DNA of 64,000 bases from Podarcis cretensis. Taxonomy: Eukaryota. Every line of letters starts with the position of its first letter. Within the stretch, counting starts at the first letter, position 1. The position numbers and the translations under genes are program-made. Positions 1 through 12,256 of this stretch are shown in pieces. The notes beneath the pieces are model-generated. The model had not been told where the DNA came from and made no database searches. It saw only the letters and a program-made list of their open reading frames with translations. The DNA lies in the NCBI GenBank assembly GCA_951804945.1, contig OX638150.1, forward strand, positions 20,522,001 to 20,586,000, written 5' to 3'.

Positions 1-164
1 ACCTCTGGTCTGCACAAAAGTTATGCTAGGGAGCTGATCAAATAGCACAAGGAATTAGGGGTCTAATGGTCAGTGCCTAAAGCAAACTACACCAACTTAT
101 TGCTCTCCATATGGTGCTGATGGGCGTTGTAGTCCAAAACATCTGGAGGGCATCAGGTTGGAAA

Positions 165-170
165 AGACTG

Positions 171-205
<35 letters not shown>

Positions 206-330
206 GCCATCCATTTGACTGGATTGCACCAGCCAACCACTATGGGTGGCTCCCAAAAGTATATTAAAAACAAGATAAAATGTCAAACATTAAAAACTTC
301 CCTATACAGGGCTACCTTCAGGTGTCTTCT
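165..330 (-). mobile_element. L2-like LINE/SINE 3' end with (TAA)n tail
   Basis: Reverse complement of the GGGAGCCGCCCAGAGTGGCTGGGGAAACCCAGCCAGATGGG + (TAA)n family; approximate bounds. Confidence 0.65.
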
Positions 331-899
331 AAAAGTCCTGAGATTTATCAAGAAAAGCGAAATGCCAAAGCAACTTTGTTTGACCTCTTGGAGGTTTTTA
401 GAATATATCTTTTGATGCTGCTTTTTACTTTATAATTCCAAGAGTCGTAGCTCTACAAATGATAAACATAAAGCCAATTTAACAAAATTATTGAGGCTGA
501 CCTCCTTTGCAATCTTATGTTCACTTTTTTATAGTTTACATATGCAGGAGGATAGTAAGAACTTTGCAGGGTTCAGACACACTTTGTAGAGATGATAAAG
601 TCTAGAATGTGGGTCAAGAATAAATGAAGGTATATTAATGTTTGGGGTTCTTTTATATAATATCGTTCTGCTTTTTTATGTTCGCTGGCTGTTTTGTAGA
701 ATTTTACAATAAAATTGTGAAACACGAGGCATCCAAAATAACTTTCTAAAATTCTCTAATAAAATGGCTTTATTTTTTAGCACACAAGACTTTCTCTTGT
801 GCTGTTTCTATAAACCATTTCTGTTTGGATGACGGCACCCCACCAGCTTTGCTCCGTGCTGTATCTCTTAAAACAACCATACAAATACTTGTTGTGAAG

Positions 900-1035
900 C
901 AGTGATGGCCAAACTTGGCCCTCCAGCTGTTTTGGGACTACAACTCCCATCATCCCTAGCTAACAGGACCAGTGGTCAGGGATGATGGGAATTGTAGTCC
1001 CAAAACAGCTGGAGGGCCAAGTTTGGCCATAACTG
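900..1035. mobile_element. Fold-back MITE-like element
   Basis: Near-perfect inverted arms of ~58 bp (CAGTGATGGCCAAACTTGGCCCTCCAGCTGTTTTGGGACTACAA...). Decayed relatives at ~110, 3690, 9970, 16200, 44580, 57950, 58890. Confidence 0.8.
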
Positions 1036-1502
1036 AAGGAAAGTTTTGTTTCTGCACATCAGAAAACATTGCATTCTGACTCGTTCTTAGTCTGACCTGT
1101 TCTTAGTGCTTGGTTGACCACATTTACAAATGAATGCTGTATATTAATCACCGAGTAATTGTTTAAGTCTTGCCATATTAACCACTAGTAATAGTTTAAC
1201 AAGGAGGTTTTCACGCCTGTCCAATTCTGTGTTCCCTTTCCCAGCCTTTGGTCTATTGATGATTAATGCCTATATGCAACCCTTGTATTGTATTTGTGTT
1301 GACCAATCAGCAATAAGCACATATGTGGCAATGCTGTAATATTCAATAAAAGAGACTCCTCGAGACATGCTCGAGAGGATGCCTCCCAGATGACACCTGC
1401 TACTCGTCTGTCATTTATTCCAACCCAACACATAACTGTTGTGGAGACTGCATTGGGAAACAACCAAAGTGCATCATATTGAACACAACAGGGCTGAAGC
1501 AC

Positions 1503-1800
1503 AGCCCATTAGGTAGAGCATGAGACTCTTATCTCTGGGTTATGGGTTCAAGCCCCGACGTTGGTCAGAAGTAGGGCTGCCACATGTCCTGTATAATACA
1601 GTACAGAGTTGTCCCTTATTTCAATTTAAAATGCTACATCCTGTATTGACAGTTTTGTCCTGTATTTCATGTTGTCTCTCTGTCTCTCCCAGGGTTGTGG
1701 GTTCTAGCCTGACGTTGGCCGAAAAGGTTCTTGCATTGCAGAGGGTTGGACTAGATGACCCTCGTGGTCCCTTTCGAATTTTACAGTTTTGTGATTCTGA
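1503..1800 (+). mobile_element. Rearranged tRNA-Lys-derived SINE pieces with CR1-like tail
   Basis: GGTAGAGCATGAGACTCTTA...GGTTCAAGCCCCGACGTTGG head; second B-box plus GGACTAGATGACC...GGTCCCTT tail; the two are separated by a TAGGGCTGCCA-type fragment. Confidence 0.65.
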
Positions 1801-1853
1801 GACAGCACACTTCCAAGCTAACAGCACACAGGGAATGAATGGATAGAAAACTG

Positions 1854-2024
1854 CAGTGCTTTTTTCTGGGTGGACGCGGGGGTACGCATACCCCTAAACA
1901 TTTTGTGAAACTTTGTACTTTTGTCCATTTACTGTATTTATTTTCCCCAATTTGAAATGTAAAATGGTGATTTTCTTGAGTCAAAATGAGAGTACCCCTA
2001 AACATTTTTAGAAAAAAAGCATTG
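1854..2024. mobile_element. hAT-type MITE
   Basis: TIR CAGTGCTTTTTTTCT / AGAAAAAAAGCATTG; perfect 8-bp TSD GAAAACTG (1846-1853, 2025-2032). Confidence 0.85.
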
Positions 2025-2099
2025 GAAAACTGGAGGATGGTGTGTGTTAGTGACCCTCTTAATTCAGCCTTTGTGTTTCTCTGTAAGAAGAATATTTCA

Positions 2100-2900
2100 G
2101 ACTGGGGAGCCGTTCCACATCCAAATCTCAATGGCGCCCCTTCCTATTTCTTCGCACGGGTTACCTCTCTCGTTCAACTGACAACCGGAAGTGCCCCTCT
2201 AATCCCCTCGCGCCCGTAACCCTTTGGGTGCAGCTTCCCGCGCTGAATTCATTCCCACTCCCGTCGCGAAAACGAAGCGGGGTACTGCCGCTCTAGGCTC
2301 ATAAGACTTGAAGGCGCCCGACGGCAACATACTGCACAAGGCCTTTCACCATAGAGCTCGGCATGGCTAGAGCGGCGACGCTCCCTCACGGCCCTCGGCC
2401 GAGGCATTGCGGCGGCCTCCAATGGCGGCCACCGGAAGCTCGGCCCCCTTTTCCTCCCCTCCGCCCAGTCACTCTAGCCTGGCCGCCGGCGCCCCTCCCC
2501 ATCTCTATGGGCCGCGGAGGGGGGGAAGGTTGCGAGCGGGGCGGCGGAGTCGACGAGGAGCCGGTTGCTCGCTGAGGCGAGAGAGGGCGGGAGGTTTCGG
2601 CAGGCCGCGGGGCTCTCCGCCTTTCCCTTTCCCTCCCTTCGCCCTCATGTGAGCGGGGCCCCCGGCTTGCGAGGGCCCGGCGGGAGAGAGAGAGAGGAGC
2701 GGGGCGATGAAGAAGGACGTGAGGATCCTGCTGGTGGGAGAACGTGAGTTGAGGGGAGAGGGAAGGTCAAGGCTGTGAGGGGAGGGGGCGCGAGGGGGGG
2801 AGGGGCGCAGGTCAACGGCCAGATAAACGGGGGGGGGGAGGATGCTGGTGGGGGGGGAGGGGGCGAAGGAGGGAGGGAGTTTGGGGCGCACGTGGCTTTT
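2100..2900. promoter_or_regulatory. CpG island / RHOT1 promoter
   Basis: Sharp rise in GC and CpG around exon 1. ETS/GABPA motif CCGGAAGTG at 2185-2193, YY1-like AATGGCGGC at 2421-2429 next to CCGGAAG at 2432-2438, and GC boxes (GGGCGG). Boundaries approximate. Confidence 0.85.
2707..2743 (+). CDS. RHOT1: RHOT1 coding exon 1 (MKKDVRILLVGE-P)
   Basis: ATG at 2707 in good context (GCGATGA); donor GTGAGT at 2744. Confidence 0.97.
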
Positions 2901-5829
2901 TTATTTTTCCAAAAATCGTTTTCATGGAAGATTTTCCTGTCTTTCTGGGCATGGGAAAGGCTTACCTGGGCTCACTTAAAAGGGAGTCCAGGAAAACAGG
3001 CGCCTGGGACAAACAGGGATATGTGTGTGTGTGTGTGTGTGTTTGGGGTGTGTGGGGATATCTAAAAGAGGACGGGAGGTGGATTGGAAAGAGCACGAAG
3101 GGAGGAGGCTGAAGATGCAAAAAAAGAAAGTTTTGCAGGACACAGGCAAGGACAGGAGGAGGAGAGGCTGGTCAAATGGGCAGTGGGGGTGGGGTGGGAA
3201 TGATGGCTGAGGAACAGAGCAGAAAAGTGGGTGGCACATAAGGAACATGGGCACAGCCGGCGCCCCGCTAAATCAAGTAAATAAGTGAATAAAATACTTA
3301 TCCAAAAGTAGGAACCGTAGAAAGATGTTGGCGGGTTTTTCTGAGTGCTTGGGGTCGGAAGAAATTTTAAAACAACTGCTGTTGAGACGTTTCATTCCGA
3401 ATGTGCTAGACAGAGCCAGACAGAGGAGGATGACAGGTGGGTGTCCTGCCCCCCCCAACATAAATCCTGGAAGGAGAGGTAAATAAAACAGTTGCTTTAC
3501 AGAATAGGAAGTTAGGGAATGATTTTCTAACTTTTTTTTTTGGTGGTTCACTCTTTTTGGAATTTCCATGGCCTCAGCACAACTGCTTTGCACACAGAAG
3601 ATTGCAGGTTCAACTCCCAGTATCTTCTGGTACTGCTGGGAGGGGCTCCTGACTGATGTAGACCAGGTGTGGAGAGCCTTTAGCCCTCCAGATATTGCTG
3701 AAATACAACTCCCATCATCCCTTGCCATTTGCCATTGTTGCTAGGGCTGATGAGAGTTGTAGTTCAGCAACATCCCCTCACCCACCTTCCTGCTCCTGAC
3801 CTAGGTGGACCAATGGCTTGAATCTGTACAGGACAGCTTCCTATGTTCCTAAGTGGTTGGGAAGGGAAGTAACCCTTTTACAATCTGTTCTACTCGCTGA
3901 GGGGGAAAAGACTAGTGTTTCAATTTTTACTTTGGTGTGGTGGGGCATTGTATTTATTTGTGTATTCCAGCGCTTCTTCTGTCTTCATATTCTTGCTGTC
4001 AGACCAAGCACCTTCAGTCAGTAATGTCTTGTGAGGAAGTCTGACAGCAGTAATTCTTCCCAAAATTCCTCACCAAGTTTCCTCTCCAATAGGTCAGCTG
4101 TCTCACACTGGGAAAGATTGCTATAGATAGTCTTTCATTCGTTATTTAAACTTAGCCATAGCTCAGTCTGTGATTTCTACCTGACACATTACTGACTCAT
4201 GCTGAATCAAAATGCAGGTGGTTATAAAGTTTGTTTGAAAGTGGCAGTCTGTTATGAGTATCCCTTCTGCTTAACAGCTGTCTTGAAAATTTGTGATTGA
4301 TGACTTTTAAAGCAGTTCCACAAACGTATGCAAATAATGTCGTGTTTCCCTGTGATAAAAAATATGTTATCTGCAAATAATGTATTCTTGTGAAGCTGTA
4401 TAAGATAAACAGGCAGCCTAACCAGTCTGTAGGCTAAACAGCTACTACCTAATGCAACTTTCCCTTAATGCAAGGGTTTCCTGACTAGTGCACTATTTTA
4501 ATTTGTTGCTTTTTGTGCTAATTTGTGAAGGATATTGGGAAAGTAAAAAATGGCACAACTATATATGACTTTGACTTACAATCCTCTGCATGTTTTCCAG
4601 GAAATAAACATGTCTGGCATTGTTCTGTGGGTGTTCCAGGGTGTGGGTGGGTGTATTGCCTTTGATTGTGAATTAATTCCTGAAATTTGATTTGAGGGAC
4701 TAATATCAGGCAGTATTGCCTTCAAATTGCATTGTTATTTGTAGAATTATTCTTGAATTGTAAAGTTTGGAGTGCTCCTTAGAGCTCTCCTACTGTGATC
4801 ATGTGTGGGATTTGTAGATATGTAAATGGCCTGCAGCTGCTGTGGATTCCAGTTACGCTGGATTTCTATAACACATTAAGTTGTACCATGGAAAAGTCAA
4901 AACTTGCAGTTCTGCAATAAGCAGGTATATCTTTTGATATGATTTCCCCCTTTTGAATAATATGTATGACATGCAGTACATTCTACCTCTTTCCCCCAGC
5001 TCTCCATATGCCCACACCGCATTTAAATATAACGTAACATTTTTTTTTTTTTCATTTTTAATGGCAACAATCTGTACTCATACTGAAGATAACTGAGATT
5101 CTGAGTTGTCTTGCTCGATATTTATTTGAATTCATATTGCACGCTATTCTGCAGACGTAAGATAAAAATGTAAATATAGCTCAAAATAATCTTGCACTGC
5201 TTCTTGACCAGTAGAAGCAGAGATGTAGAGCCCAGTCAGCTGAAGATAGTTGGCGTTTTAAGATTGTGAAAGGGCTGTGGGTGTGTTCCAGTTATTATTA
5301 TTAAACTATATGCTGCTTTATGTAGAACATGACGTCTACTTAAAATGAGTTCTGGCATCATTGTATAGATGTGCTCACTTTTGGATGCAGTCAAACCAGG
5401 CATCATATTATTTTCTTACAGCTGCTCTTTGGTTTTTACTTGAGGATTAAAGTCTGCCTTGCCAAAAAGTGTGTGTATTATGTATCTTGAGAACAGCATT
5501 ATGATACCCATCCGTCTAGAAAACAGTTTCCCCCCCCCCCAATTTCAGTGCAGTTGTAGCTAGTTAAAAGTTTTGAACAAATAAACTTGCCTTCATATAA
5601 ATGTACAAGCAACCTTTCTCTAAGTGAGACTTTAATGTACGGTTTCACCCCCTAAAGGCACCATTGGATTCAATCCCTGGTGTTTATGGCAGACAGTTAT
5701 GGGATAACTTTACTTAGTTTAAAGGCAACGGGATTTAGAAATGGAAAAGGAACTGAGATTTACTGGTTGTGTGCGGTATTAAGCCGAATAATTCTTTATT
5801 TCACTATTACTGTTTCCTGGATAGAGAAG

Positions 5830-6190
5830 TTTTTAATGTTTGTTGTTTTATTATGGTTTTAGATTTGTTGGAAGCTGCCCAGAGTGGCTTGGGCAACCCA
5901 GTCAGATGGGAGGGGTAAAAATAATAAAATTATGATGATTATTACTGAAATTGAGGTATTCAGCTATATTACTAATCCAGATTTGCAGGGACACCGTTTT
6001 TGTGTGTGTTGTGATTGAAATAAGTAGGAGTATGTATGAACTGTTAAAGATGGGTAGTTTCTAATGTCTGATGTTTTATTGTGTTCTTAATATTCTGTTG
6101 GGAGCCGCCCAGAGTGGCTGGGGAAACCCAGCCAGATGGGTGGGGTATAAATAATAATAATAGTAATAATAATTACTACTACTACTACTA
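5830..6190 (+). mobile_element. Two tandem L2-like 3' ends with (TAA/TAC)n tails
   Basis: GCCCAGAGTGGCT..CCCAG.CAGATGGG.GGGGTA + AAT repeats at ~5875 and ~6105. Confidence 0.65.
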
Positions 6191-6195
6191 TTAAC

Positions 6196-6556
6196 GGGAC
6201 GCGGGTGGCGCTGTGGGTAAAACCTTAGTGCCTAGGACTTGGCGATCGCATGGTCGGCGGTTCGAATCCCCGCGGCGGGGTGCGCTCCCGTCGTTCGGTC
6301 CCAGCGCCTGCCAACCTAGCAGTTCAAAAACACCCCCGGGTACAATTAGATAAATAGGGACCGCTTACTAGCGGGAAGGTAAACGGCGTTCCGTGTGCTG
6401 TGCTGGCTCGCCAGATGCAGCTTGTCACGCTGGCCACGTGATCCGGAGGTGTCTGCGGACAGCGCTGGCTCCCGGCCTCTTGAGTGAGATGAGCGCACAA
6501 CCCTAGAGTCTGTCAAGACTGGCCCGTACGGGCAGGGGTACCTTTACCTTTACCTT
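6196..6556 (+). mobile_element. Sauria SINE (subfamily A)
   Basis: GGGACGCGGGTGGCGCTGTGG head, B-box GGTTCGAATCC, (ACCTTT)n tail. Confidence 0.92.
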
Positions 6557-6940
6557 ACTACTATTATTTATACAAAACTGACATCAAGAGGAACTTGCCC
6601 AACTCTTAGCTACTGTTTTCCCATTGTAAGGAGTTTTAACATCCTACTGCAACAGTTTTGTTGATAGCACTCTGGACGGATCATATGCACTTTCAGCACA
6701 TCGGACCCTTGCATAGCATATAACTTCTATGGTGATCAGCCAGTATTGGCCCTGTATTCACCCGCAGTGCATTACAGATAGGAGCAGTTATGGGGTTGCT
6801 GTGGGTGGTGCTGTCTAACTACAACACATATGGTTTTTCAGGAACTTATTCCTGTTTTAATACTAAACCTTTAAAAAACAAACAAACCTTGCCTCACATC
6901 TCTGTAACCTGTCCTAAGGAGAGAAACCTCTGTCTGAATA

Positions 6941-7299
6941 CAGTGGTACCTCGCAAGACAAAATTAATTCGTTCTGCGAGTTTTTTCGTCTTGCGAAGCA
7001 CGGATTTTGGAAAAGCTTCAAAAATCACCAAAGTCTTCAAAAACCTCAAAAAAGGCTACCACACCGCGTGCTATGAGTTGCTCCTCGAAGTCAAGTCGCA
7101 ACTGCACCCCCTGAATGCACAGTTTCAAGAAAAAGGAAACAAACTTGCAAGACAAAGGAAACAAACTTGCAAGACGTTTTCGTCTTGCGAAGCAAGCCCA
7201 TAGGGAAATCCGTCTTGCGAAGCAACTCAAAAAATGAAAAACTCTTTCGTCTTGCGAGTTTTTCGTCTTACGAGGCATTCGTCTTGCGAGGTACCACTG
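6941..7299. mobile_element. Tc1/mariner (pogo/Tigger-like) MITE
   Basis: TIR CAGTGGTACCTCGCAAGAC, flanking TA dinucleotides, internal CGTCTTGCGA repeats. Confidence 0.88.
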
Positions 7300-8633
7300 T
7301 ACTCAAATGAATTCAGGCCCCCTGACCTGCACCATATTTTCACTTCAGGGACCTTCTCCTACTTCTTTTTTGGCGATAAAGTCTTTGTTTTGGTGGGGGA
7401 AGGGAGAACAAGATGGTCATTAAACTTCATTGATTTGCAGGAAAACTCCAGAATGCTATTTTAAGTGGCGTGATGGAACAGGCCTCTCTGCCGTACATGA
7501 AAACAGAGAAAGTAGGTTAAATAGCACACTGCCATGAAGCTCTGAGGTGTAACACTAATTGGTATATATAAAGCTGTTGCCCCAGAGTTAAAATAGAATC
7601 AAACATGCAAATTCTCAGTCCAGGTTTAAGAAGTAGTACTGGAGCTCTTCATGCATCAGACAAAAGTGTCCCAAAGTAACAGCCATAAAAGATCACCTGA
7701 ATTAAAACTGGTGGCATATATCAGCACAGGAGTATTGCCTCGATTATCCCTTGCCTTGCTTTCATCCTCTCCCTCATTTCCCCAAAACCACAGGAAAGCA
7801 TTCTGAACCAAATAAAAAATGATGCATTATGCAACATAGACAAACTGCGTTTGCCTGATGTTGCAAGCGCTTAAACCCTCTCCAAATCCGGCATAAAGGC
7901 AAAAGAAGCACTTTCTACACAGGGGATAATGTCCTATATGAGCCTGCTTTTGAGAAAACAAACAGCAAGAGATCCCCCCCCCCAGCAGCAGCAACAAGTT
8001 TTGTATGAAAAATCAGGGGGGGGGCAACAGTTAGAAATGCAGAAGTCTTGTTAAGTACTGCTTGTAATTCATCTTGAACACCTGAACACTTTTGGGCAGA
8101 ACAGCTAAAACATTTTTGGTGGGGTGGGGTGGGCAGCCATTCAGTTGCCTTCTTTCTGCTACTGAAGCACATCTCACTCTGTACCCTTCTGCCCTTCACG
8201 TTTGCCAGATCATGACTGGAGAGGGTTAAATTTGGTCTTTTTGGGTTTGTGTGTGAGAGCCTAGAGGCTTTCTACATAAAACACAGGCTTCTGTGGCCAA
8301 CTCCCATCAGGTAGACTCTTGTGCACTTGGCCTAAGTGCACATATTATTTCGTATCCTGGTGGTTCTCCTACTTTTCCAGTATTCTCTTAATAGCCATAG
8401 TTGAGGCTGAGCTTATTTCTGCAGCTGTGACGCATAGCATTGGTGGTGAACTCCATAAAATTCACACCGAGGCTTCATGACTACATGCTGCATTTGCTTA
8501 ACTTTTGCACGTTGCTGGATTTTGTTGAAATAGCATTTATAGAAACAGTAAATTCTACCAATATAAAGGGAGTTGGGCCCAAAAAGGGTGTAGTAAAAGT
8601 TTAGCTGAAGACCTCATCCTGCAAGTATTGTTA

Positions 8634-8984
8634 AAAGGTAAAGGGACCCCTGAACGTTAGGTCCAGTCACGGACGACTCTGGGGTTGCGGCGCTCATCTC
8701 GCTTTACTGGCCGAGGGAGCCAGCGTACAGCTTCCGGGTCATGTGGCCAGCATGACTAAGCCGCTTCTGGCGAACTAGAGCAGCACACGGAAATGCCGTT
8801 TACCTTCTCGCCGGAGCGGTACCTATTTATCTACTTGCACTTTGATGTGGTTTCGAACTGCTAGGTTGGCAGGAGCAGGGACCGAGCAACGGGAGCTCAC
8901 CCCATCGTGGGGATCCGAATCGCTGACCTTCTGATTGGCAAGTCCTAGGCTCAGTGGTTTAACCCACAGCGCCACCCGCGTCTC
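8634..8984 (-). mobile_element. Sauria SINE (subfamily B)
   Basis: Full length; TSD TGCAAGT(A/C)TTGTTA. Confidence 0.92.
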
Positions 8985-11792
8985 TGCAAGTCTTGTTACC
9001 AGCATTCAAAATAGGCCAGGCGTATTTTACACCTGACTATCTGCCACTTTGCAACCAAGTGAGGATGCATGCCTGGGGAACCTTGGATCTGGACTGTTTT
9101 CACACACTAGCAACACATCATGTAGTATTCTCTCCATTATATTTTATCTGCACAATCAGAATTAATTTCAGGAACCAAAAAGCCATATTGAAAAATGCAA
9201 CTTTCAAGGCATCTAGCCCCTAAATGGCAGCTAGGTGTTCCGTTTTGGCAACTATAAGCCTAGCTTAAGGAACCATTTGGCCGTTAGCTCATATATCTGA
9301 GTTTCTGACACTGCTTGTTATGTAGGCCTCTGTTGCTCCTTGTTCAAAATAAGGAACTACTGATTTGTGAAGAAAGCTCTCTATTCCTGACCTATTATAG
9401 TTCATGTTTGCAAATTTAAAGCAAATTTAAATTTTTTCCCAATAGTCTACCATTTTTCTGTGCTGCTACACCTTTTTTTAAAAAAATTAATGCAGCCTTT
9501 TTATTATAGCATCCTTTTTAAAACATGGATCAAATCAAATGTGTTCCAGAAACATGGCACATTTCCAGGCACAAAATCTGCTCATCCTTTTAGTGTTCTT
9601 GATAAGAATAATGTGCTGACCTGACTGAATAAGTACTTGAGAAACTAGCTGCCTTACTTGTCTGGGGATCTAACATCTGGTTCCTAATGGGTGTCTAGGA
9701 ATTTAATTTAATTGAAAGAAATTTGAGAAGATGTAGCTCTGAAGGAGACTGACATTGCTGAAGGAAGGAGAGCAGATTAGGCAGTAGTGTGAGAAGCAGT
9801 TGCATTCCCCATGCCTGAAGAGAGAGAGGATCAGATTTTAGGAAAGAGGGGTAAAAATGGTTAAGAAGCAGCAGGGCAGTTCTTTATTGGAGACCCAAGG
9901 TGGAAAAAGCTTTGTGAACAGGGATGGAGGCAGAGTAATGCCTTTCAAGAAGGGATGTGGAATTTGTAAGCCTCCAAATATTGTTGGACTACAACTCCCA
10001 TCATCCCTGACTAGTGGGCTTGCTGGGTGGGGCTGATGGAGTCCAACACAGGTTTCCCATCCCTGCTGAGAAACAATGGAGAAGATGCCTCCAAGGCATA
10101 GCTCTGCATTTGCCAGCAGTAAGGACAGCTGGAATGGGAGGTTTCAGGCAAAGTTCTGTGTTGTTTGATTTTCATAATTCTATATTGAAAAGTTTATGAA
10201 TTACTTTGAGTTGATTTTGTGGCGATTTTTGTAACCTAATACTTGGTTCAACGGGTCTTTGGATCAGGATATAATTAACTACCTAACTAGTCCTGATACT
10301 GTGATTCTAGCCAATCCCAAAACATAATGTAATTGATGCCAAAATTCATTGTGAAGATTTTGCTGAAAGAAGCTTTTATTTAAACTTGAAAGGCAGCATC
10401 AGCTGAGAGGCACGTGCTGTAGTCCTCTGGCCAAATATCACAGAGAGAGGATAACTGTTGGTAATAGAGAAGAATTGCACGAGATTCTTTAGAGGGGACA
10501 GTCCATACTGTACAAAGATATTACTCCCGAAAATATTATGAAGCTCCAAATATTTGTTGTCTTAAAAATTAAGATTAAATTAAAAGTATAGAAATCATAT
10601 AAAGGTCAAATGGGCCATGGAATTGTCTATGCTCTCTAGCTACCACTGTGTTTCCTACACTCAGAACGAAAACAAATAATAATACACCAAGAAATCTGAA
10701 TTCTGTTATTTGTTTGGATTGTGCAAATCATGCAAGCTGCACAATGTCTTGGTTAGCATGATTCTGAATTTGTATTTTTTAATTAATAGCTCTGCTGTTA
10801 GCTGGAGACAGAATGAGCTATCAAGGACATTGAAGCCCCACCATTGGAAAGCGTATTTTAGAACCCCTTTGCCTTCTGAGACTTCGTCAGGTGGTGTCCA
10901 CATACTTTCAAGCTTATTTTGGAAACTGCAAAGACTATAATAACGTTGTCACCTGCCCCCCCCCATTTCATTAAATGAAGACTGAGATGTTGAGGAAGCT
11001 GAATTCTGTACCTAAACCACATTTTGCCCTTTCTCTGCTTGTGCAAAATGCTGCAGAACCAGTTTTGTCCACAGCCCAATTAGACGTCCAGAAACTGGGA
11101 CTCATCCTGTCCTGGTTGTGTGGAAGTCTTTGCCTTGAAACGTGCATTGTGACATGACTAGGGCTTTCCAAGTATCTTCCTTACTGTCGTGTTCTAAAAA
11201 GAGTCAAAATTCTGGATGCTTAGCCTGGTGTATTTCTCACAGGATTTGGTACTGCTTATTGTTAAAGTTTAACTTTGCACCAAAATATAATAATTTGCCA
11301 TTTGTTGAAAAGCCGTTTAATCCGTTCTCTAGTGTAGAAGCAGGCAAAATGTAACTTCTGTAAACCTGAAGACAGGGCTGGTCACTATCCCTGAAGCCAA
11401 GTAGACTTCAAAATAGTCACTCAGTAAGACAAACTCTAATTTGTCAATTGTTAAATTAAACTCAGAACTTAGGGAATGTGAGGGTTTTGTTCTTGACAGA
11501 GTAGTGTTTGTTTTATACTCAAGCAGGAATGTTTCTTTCTTTCCCATGTGATGCTCTGTTTATGTGAATTGTGCTAAGGCACCTAGAAATCATCCATGCC
11601 CCCTGTTCATTTTATTTTTGTATCTGTCACTTAAAAAGAAGAAGAATCTTTTCTTCAAGCAGGGCTTGTCTACACTACAGATTTGTTGCTGGTCAGTTCA
11701 AATAAAACTTCATGTCACTCTGGCCGTCTGCCAAAATAAGATGTGTGATTATGGAAATCCTCTGCTAATTTGTGTGTGTTCAAATTTCACAG

Positions 11793-11851
11793 CCAGAGTT
11801 GGGAAGACGTCACTTATTATGTCTCTTGTCAGTGAAGAATTTCCCGAAGAG
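11793..11851 (+). CDS. RHOT1: RHOT1 exon 2 (PRVGKTSLIMSLVSEEFPEE; nGTPase P-loop)
   Basis: cacag| acceptor, |gtaag donor, 59 nt. Confidence 0.97.
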
Positions 11852-12015
11852 GTAAGATGTGTTCATTTCCTGAGCAACAGCATCCTCCAAGCGTTTTGCA
11901 GTTTCATGAACAGTTTGCATGATAATCAATAATTCTATTAGGGAAAGTGTTGTTTTTTTAAGTCCCATAAAAGAAGTAGAAAAATCATAAAATCAAACAA
12001 TGCATTATGCAGTTA

Positions 12016-12256
12016 CAGTGGTACACCGGGTTACATACGCTCCAGGTTACATACGCTTCAGGTTACAGACTCCACTAACCCAGAAATAGTGCTTCAGGTT
12101 AAGAATTTGCTTCAGGATGAGAACAGAAATCATGCTCCGGCGGCGTGGCAGCAGCGGGAGGCCCCATTACCTAAAGTGGTGCTTCAGGTTAAGAACAGTT
12201 TCAGGTTAAGAACAGACCTCCAGAACGAATTAAGTACTTAACCCGAGGTACCACTG
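12016..12256. mobile_element. Tc1/mariner MITE (family shared with 24241 and 42354)
   Basis: CAGTGGTAC...GTACCACTG TIRs, TA TSD. Confidence 0.88.

Noticed and set aside
2363-3254. Many overlapping GC-rich ORFs at the promoter
   Set aside because: Stop-poor CpG-island and microsatellite sequence with low-complexity translations; only 2707-2743 is RHOT1 coding
6941-7299. Repeated CGTCTTGCGA units resembling a CRISPR-like array
   Set aside because: Eukaryotic DNA, irregular spacing, enclosed by TIRs and TA TSD; these are subterminal transposase-binding repeats
11793-11796. Second AG 4 nt into exon 2 (ag|CCAG|)
   Set aside because: Using it would frameshift; the upstream AG restores E-P-R
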